Below are positions 9,990-15,970 of a DNA stretch of 15,970 bases, one piece after another (the first letter of the stretch is position 1; each line of letters opens with the position of its first letter). Under the pieces are notes generated by a model. The model saw only the letters and a program-made list of their open reading frames with translations, made no database searches and had not been told where the DNA came from. Source of the stretch: Octopus sinensis (taxonomy: Eukaryota); assembly GCF_006345805.1 (NCBI RefSeq), contig NW_021825281.1, forward strand, positions 1-15,970, given 5' to 3'. Made by a program: the position numbers and the translations under genes.

Positions 9990-12651
9990 AGTAAGTGACT
10001 TTTTTTTTCCTTTCTTATTTTGGTTCATAGGATTATGCTCAAGGTGGCACTATCATTCACACGTGCCATCCTTGCCACATTCACCCATCTTTTTTTAAAA
10101 CATTCACTAGACAAAATTTCCCTCTCTACTCTCACCTTCCTCTTCAAGTGATCCTTGAAGAAGTTGGTGAGAGATTCACCAGAGAGGAAAGTGTTTGTCT
10201 CCAGACCTTTCAGACGCGTCCACCATACACATTCTTTCGCTATACCCACAAGTACGATGTAAATGGCTCTTCCTTCCCGTTTCAAGGAAGGAGGCGCGAC
10301 AATATTCACGAGAGACTCCGTTGATAAACTGACTCGTCCCACACGCAACAGCAGTCGTTTGACACAGGTCCTCAGGTCGGAAATGGTTGGACAATGTACG
10401 AGTGCGTACAGAACAGTTTCGTTGCTCTGACCGCATCTCGGGCAAGTCGGCCCCGTGTTTTTCGAGCCATGCCTGTAGAGCTTATCCCGAACGGGTAGTG
10501 CTTCTCGATAGCACTGCCAGGCCAGTGATCTCTGGAAGTTGTCCATAGTTGCCGGCCTGAAAGTCGTCTTGAAGAGGCGGGTCAGGTATTCCTCGTCGAC
10601 GCCCAGATTCGGCAGGAGATCGTCGTCGTACCTCCACTAATCCCCTATACAATGCTTTGGTTGTGTTGAAGTCACTTAAGGAAGACCCGGGACGGCATAG
10701 TTGCTTGAGAGCAACGCGACACTCGCGGTGCTATTCGCCCTTCCTCGGCCTCTTTTTGATCCACGACAGCAGTTCGGTCATGGAGACGAGTTGCGGGAAA
10801 GCGCGCCTCACAAATGGCAACCAGACCTGTTCACCGTTGTCTACGTAGAGCCGGAGATGTCGCAGTCTCAGCGCATGTCTGTGCATCATCAAACACAGCA
10901 TGCCCAGCCCTCCTTTTCGCGGGTGTTGGCAGCAAACGGATCGCCTGACCATCGGAGCGCATCCTTTCTACAAGAAGCGGAAGAGAATGCGTTCCAGTTT
11001 GATGATGGTAGGGTCGGAAAAAGACACGACCGTCAGGCGGTAGTAGATGACGGACGCGATGTACGCGTTCGCCACCTCCGCCCGACCTTTTAGGGACAGC
11101 TTCCTCTCGGCCCATTGCCAGGCGAGAGTGACCACCCTACTCGTTATCTCGTTCCAGTTCTTCTCCGTTTAGAGATCTGGATCAAATCAGACGCCGAGCA
11201 ACTCGACCGGACCGTCGGTCCAGCGTCCCACGACGGAGGCGCTGGTGGACGCCATGGGATTGCTTCTCCAGGTGCCGAGCCGCAAGCCCACTGACTTTTC
11301 CCGGTTGATTTTCGCTCCTGTCACCGCTTCGTAGTCTTTCAGTGTCTCGCTGACCAGCTCGATGAGCTCCTGACTAGACACTATGAAGGTGACATCGTCC
11401 GCATATGCAGACACGCTCGTCCCACATCCCAATTCTCGTGGGATGCCCCTCAGCATCGCCAGCCTCCGCAGTAGTGGCTCGAGAGACAATAAGTACAGTA
11501 GCGACGAGTCTCCATTGAGCAGTGTGATGGGCCGAATGTTATCTATTACGTCCCCCTTGTTTGGAACTTTCTTCAGCAGCGTTACGGCTCCTCGACTCTC
11601 AAAACCGGGGGTGCTCCCGTTTTGCTACCAGTTGTAGTACACTGCTGCCAAGACGTCTCCAAACAAGTCTCGCATACAACTGTAAAGCTCGTAGGGTAGA
11701 CCATCCAAACCTGACGATTTGTCCCTCGAGCATTCTGCCATCGCGTCCCACACTTCCGCCGCCGTGATGGCACCTTCAAGCATTCTGGCTCTCTTGTCGA
11801 GAGCCGTGGCAGGCTGTGATGGTAAACACTGAAGTCTACCCTGCGTACTCGCTCGCCACTCGTCCCGTACAGTCGAGCAAAATGCTATTGAAAGGCCTCA
11901 CACATTTTACTTGGCTCAAGTAATTCGCACCCCTGTTCATCTACCAGAGACCGAATAGTGGCTTTGTTGTTCCGTTGCACCTCTGCCACCCGGGCCTCTC
12001 GCGCGGCTGCAACACCTTCGTTCCCTAGAGTACGCATCCTAGCCCTGACAGTACACCCTTCGTGTTTGGTGTTGAAGTGTTGGTCGAGGGCCAACCTCGC
12101 CACCAAAACGTCGAATACGATGCCACTTCTAATCGCCTCTTCTAACTTCTTAACTAGCCCACCCTTTACTCTGTTTCCATCTATGGTTAGTGCTTTGCTA
12201 TACCTAATCACTTCTGCTTTTATTGCTCTCTTGAGGGCAAGCCACCTTCTGTTGTTGATGATGGCTCCCGTCAAAGCCCTCTTTACTAGTGTGCTAATCC
12301 GGTCTCTGAAAACCTGTCACGACGGGAAAGATGCGTTTAGTTTCCAGTAACCGGGACCCTGCCTATGTGTCTTATCTAAGTCTATCGTACACGTCAGAAG
12401 TTTGTGATCTGTGTAGCTGACTATGTGGAATTGTGGACACCCTACGCTATCTCTGTCTACTGTCCTATACAGTATCCTATCTAAATACGATCTCGACCAC
12501 CCGATGCAGTTGCTCCATGTCCACGTTGGCGCATTCGGGTAGTCGAGTCGGTACCTATCGGACAGTTGAAAGCGTCTGAGCAGGTCTCTGAGGCATTTGT
12601 ATCCCTGTCTATTCCTATCTCTACCCACGTAGTCTAGATGCGTGTCCAAGG
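9990..12651 (-). mobile_element. L1/Tx1-clade non-LTR retrotransposon, 5'-truncated, disrupted ORF2 (EN-RT-zinc finger)
   Basis: Minus-strand order: EN C-terminus ([21 protein letters not shown]), linker (WLALKRAIK), RT (DKSSGLDGLP, RPITLLN, LEPLL, SAYADDV, AKINREKS, LGV*F, RKLSLKGR, GGLG), and the C-terminal CPRCGQSNETVLYALVHCP zinc-binding region. Stop at 10025-10027, then a short A-rich tail (T9 at 9990-9998 on +). In-frame stops occur at 11885, 11625, 11187 and 11169, plus frameshifts. Confidence 0.93.
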
Positions 12652-12832
<181 letters not shown>

Positions 12833-13373
12833 TTTATTGATAGATAGAGATAGAGATAGAGAGAGAGATTCTCACGTGTATACGTCAGAATCTATAAAAT
12901 ATCATCTATACAATATCAATTCAGAGTCTATATAATATAATCTCTCTTTTATATAATATAGACACCATCTTGCAATAACTAAAAAAAAAAATCTGCCTCC
13001 AGGGTTCTTTAAAGTCAGAAAACAGCAGACAATAAAATAAGTAATCAAAATTTATTTTTGCAAAATTGCCAATGCAGTTAAGAATGGGGAAGCCTCCAAA
13101 TTGAAAGCGAGACGCAACATAGACTGACTGATTGCAATAGAAATCTGTTCATGATACTATGACGGCGCTGTTCGTCTGAACATTGCTCACGTCATGAAAG
13201 TGTTCCTGAATTATTAAAACACTGTTCAAATATCCGGTTATGTTGCAATTTCTAATGAGAGATATATTTTCCCATACACAATGCTTCTGTATAGGACATT
13301 TGTTCACACACACATACAACCACATACGCACACACAGGCTCACACTCACATCCACATGCGCTCATATATAAAT

Positions 13374-13544
13374 GTAGAAGCTCAATGGTAAAAAATTTGC
13401 TTCCCAAACACATGGTACCGGGTTCAGTCCCGCTGCGTGGCACCTTGGGTATTTTTTTTTTTTACAATAGACAGGCCGATCAACGACTTGTGAGTGGATT
13501 TTGTAGACGTTGGTAGACGGAAACTGAAAGAAGCCTGTTGTATG
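13374..13544 (+). mobile_element. SINE family B, 5' half, diverged
   Basis: GGTAAAAAATTTGCTTCCCAAACACATGGTACCGGGTTCAGTCCCGCTGCGTGGCACCTTGGG...GGTAGACGGAAACTGAAAGAAGCC. Confidence 0.88.
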
Positions 13545-13574
13545 CCTACATACATACACATACATTTACATGTG

Positions 13575-13580
13575 TATATA

Positions 13581-13661
<81 letters not shown>
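13575..13661. repeat. (TA)n microsatellite
   Basis: Near-pure TA run. Confidence 0.98.
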
Positions 13662-13665
<4 letters not shown>

Positions 13666-13903
13666 GCCGCGGGACCACTCTTCCATCTTCCCCTCCCACC
13701 CCCCCTCGCTGCAGTTCTTTTTCCCTTAACCCCCCCCCCTTTTGTACACACACGCACACACATACACACACCCCTCACACACACACATTGCATTATATAC
13801 ACATTACACTTACACACACTTCAAATTTACTTGCCACACACACAACTACGCACGCTGGACATATACCACACGCACACACTCACATACATACACACGCCAC
13901 ACA

Positions 13904-14146
13904 CATACCTCCCTGTTTCTGATCTGCCTTTCCGACTTGCTAGGGCACCCCCACACCACTCCTTTAATTCTACTACTGCCCGCTACTAGCCATTGTCTAC
14001 ATACACACCATACATACACGCACACACTCACACATACATACACACGCACACACACATACCTCCCTGCTTCTGATCTGCCTTTCTGACTGCTAGGGTACCC
14101 CCACACCACTCTTTAATTCTACTACTGCTTGCTACTAGCCATTGTC
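13904..14146 (+). repeat. Tandem duplication, ~150-bp period (unique cores 13904-13997 and 14055-14146)
   Basis: CATACCTCCCTG(T/C)TTCTGATCTGCCTTT...TTTAATTCTACTACTGC...GCTACTAGCCATTGTC occurs twice, separated by CA-rich spacers. Confidence 0.95.
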
Positions 14147-14372
14147 CACCATACACACACATACACAACACACGCACACTCACACACACACACGGTCATC
14201 TCGCAACACCTTTTTTACCATTCCCTCATTGTTCAGCTCTCTGTTTTTAAAAAACATTTTCCTCCTTTTTTACTACTTCCATCTTTTCAGTATGTGACCT
14301 CGTGAAGACGACCTGCAATTTTTTTTTTTTCCTCTGTCCTCCCGTCTCGGGATCTTTCTTTCTTTCTCTTAT

Positions 14373-14407
14373 GTTTCCGACGAAGAGCTCCGCTCGAAAC
14401 GTCATAC
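14373..14407 (+). ncRNA. Minimal type-I hammerhead ribozyme-like motif (U4C variant, extra A after A9)
   Basis: Core CCGACGA+A (14377-14384), stem II GAGC-UCC-GCUC, GAA, palindromic ACGU (14399-14402) and cleavage triplet GUC (C14403). Stem I GUUU/AUAC pairs 3 of 4. Confidence 0.65.
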
Positions 14408-14886
14408 CCTCCTTCTTCCATTTTCCTGAGCGCCTAATAATAATAATACTGTAATTGTTCCACGTGTTGTTGTTTTTTCTGTTTTCCCGTTTGGATTAAC
14501 CTTATATATATATGTATACATATATATATATATATATACAAAATTTAAAGGACTGACCACAAAAAGTGGAGTCTGTATGCTAGATATAGACGTCAAAATC
14601 GCTATTTTCCACGAAGAATGTGTTCTCAAGAAAAATCTCAGCAAAAAACCAAAGTGTAAAAATAAGCAAGACAAATGAAAATATAAGAATAAACGATTAC
14701 CTATGTACTAATTAGTTTCACTTGTTAATATTCATACATATGTACACGCGAACATCTGCAAGATCATCAGTATAGTCCGTCGTTTAAAAACATAATTTCC
14801 AGAACTAGATACAGAATGCTCGACCGAAATCCCGCATGTATAGAGTTCAACAAATTATATTTATGTGTATCTTTCAAATGCCTTCA

Positions 14887-14955
14887 CTAGGCTGACAAAG
14901 AATAAGTCCTCGGGTCGATTTGCTCGACTAAAAGCGGAGCTCCAAATAAAAGAAT
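14887..14955 (+). mobile_element. SINE family B 3' fragment
   Basis: CTAGGCTGACAAAGAATAAGTCCTCGGGTCGATTTGCTCGACTAAAAGCGGAGCTCCA is the reverse complement of the motif at ~4585-4650 and 8010-8062. Confidence 0.75.
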
Positions 14956-15325
14956 TTTATATATATATATATATATATATTAAATTAGAGATAAAACCAC
15001 TATTAGGCAAATCAAACAGTGAAAATCGTAAGCCAATACATAGAAATAAAATTAATTTTAAAAATATATAAAAAATATAAAATATAAAATTCCAAATTAA
15101 AATATTTAAATTAAAGTTAAAATTTTAAAATTATTTAAATAATTTAAACTTATAAATTTTAAATATATATATATAAATGTATATATATATATTTTATTAA
15201 TATTATTTTATTTTATTTATTTATTTATTTATTTTATTTATTTATTTATTTATTTTTTTATTTTTTAAATTATATAACTATCAAAAAGTATTAAAAATTT
15301 AATATAAGATAAAGGGTAAAAACAC

Positions 15326-15413
15326 TACGATCGTTTCATGCCCGTAACCAATTCGAATAACAATAATTTAAATTCAATTAATAATTCGAATTATGGTTAC
15401 AGTCAATCTTCAG
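15326..15413 (-). ncRNA. Mirror copy of the hammerhead-like motif in the left arm
   Basis: Exact reverse complement of 15774-15861. Confidence 0.6.
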
Positions 15414-15773
15414 GTTAATTGTAATATTTTAATAAATAATCAGAAATATTTAAACAATATTTTTAAATAATATAATAATTTTTCTTATAAAAAACTCTAT
15501 TATCAAACTAGAAACTTAACGATTATGATTATGTCATGTAATTAGATATTGACTATTACTGATATTAGATTATTGGTGGGTTTCTTACCTTAAAAATTAA
15601 TACTTAAAAATTAAAATTAATATTTAACATTATAATCGATGTTTTGACATGATCATAATCATAATCGTTAAGTTTCTAGTTTGATAATAGAGTTTTTTAT
15701 AAGAAAAATTATTATATTATTTAAAAATATTGTTTAAATATTTCTGATTATTTATTAAAATATTACAATTAAC

Positions 15774-15861
15774 CTGAAGATTGACTGTAACCATAATTCG
15801 AATTATTAATTGAATTTAAATTATTGTTATTCGAATTGGTTACGGGCATGAAACGATCGTA
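15774..15861 (+). ncRNA. Hammerhead ribozyme-like motif with canonical core and long stem II
   Basis: CUGAAGA (15774-15780); stem II UGACUGUAACCA (15782-15793)/UGGUUACGGGCA (15837-15848), extended by AUUCGAAU/AUUCGAAU; GAA; palindromic stem III ACGAUCGU (15853-15860); triplet GUA. Weak points: U.U at 10.1/11.1 and only 2 proximal bp in stem I. Confidence 0.6.
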
Positions 15862-15970
15862 GTGTTTTTGCTCTTTATCTTATATTAAACTTTTAATACT
15901 TTTTGATAGTTATATAATTTTTTTTTAATAAATAAATAAATAATAAATAAATAATTAATAATAAATAAAT

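Larger units (their letters stand above)
13662..14502 (+). mobile_element. Penelope-like pLTR-type element, family 2, bracketed by (TA)n
   Basis: C/CA-rich body, hammerhead-like motif at 14373-14407, CCTGAGCGCC...AATTGTTC motif, and (TA)n on both sides (13575-13661 and 14503-14538). Confidence 0.6.
15267..15920. repeat. Long inverted repeat: arms 15267-15539 and 15647-15920, 107-bp spacer
   Basis: By-eye alignment of the left arm to the reverse complement of the right arm shows 3 substitutions and one 1-nt indel over ~273 bp. Both arms continue outward into (TTTA)n/(TAAA)n. Confidence 0.97.
14981..15970. mobile_element. Penelope-like element, family 3: inverted pair of AT-rich pLTRs (may extend beyond the window)
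   Basis: Each arm carries a hammerhead core. On the minus strand the left unit runs hammerhead -> (TAAA)n -> AT-rich -> GCCTAATAGTGG... -> (TA)n at 14959-14980. Confidence 0.55.

Noticed and set aside
10657-11767. Plus-strand ORFs (10657-10848, 10701-11093, 11383-11637, 11561-11767, also 11958-12350)
   Set aside because: These are antisense shadows of the GC-rich LINE ORF2 with no independent motifs.
11160-11890. Premature stops in the LINE fall at apparent Trp/Gln codons (targeted hypermutation?)
   Set aside because: Trp, Gln and Arg(CGA) codons are the only single-transition routes to a stop, so this is expected from neutral decay.
12961-13300. Possible continuation of the RTE element after the Tx1 insertion (faint RxKxFxELL-like stretch near 13185-13220)
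   Set aside because: The similarity needs several ad hoc frameshifts and cannot be supported by eye; a frameshift-aware alignment to an RTE consensus would decide.
15040-15970. AT-rich region as a mitochondrial control-region NUMT or a CRISPR-like array
   Set aside because: There are no tRNA, rRNA or mitochondrial gene remnants and no repeat-spacer periodicity. The region is explained by the inverted repeat and TTTA microsatellites.

Overview
This is a repeat-saturated animal genomic window with no supportable host protein-coding gene. It is most likely from an octopus or other cephalopod, inferred from the tRNA-derived SINE families and the extreme (TA)/(CA)/(GATA) microsatellite load. Contents: (1) a fossil Tigger/pogo-type DNA transposon (273-1383) split by SINEs; (2) about a dozen copies or fragments of three SINE families, including a recurring composite dimer and a nested insertion with an 11-bp TSD; (3) an old RTE-clade LINE endonuclease fossil (+, ~9216-9945), abutting a younger 5'-truncated, internally deleted L1/Tx1-clade LINE (-, 9990-12651); (4) remnants of three different Penelope-like terminal-repeat families that end in (TA)n and carry four minimal type-I hammerhead-ribozyme-like motifs (7575-7612 +, 14373-14407 +, 15326-15413 -, 15774-15861 +). 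The last two motifs lie in the arms of a ~273-bp, ~98.5%-identical inverted repeat around a 107-bp spacer, the most striking structure in the window. Nearly all ORFs in the supplied track are microsatellite artefacts. All family assignments come from visual motif recognition; no database search was run.
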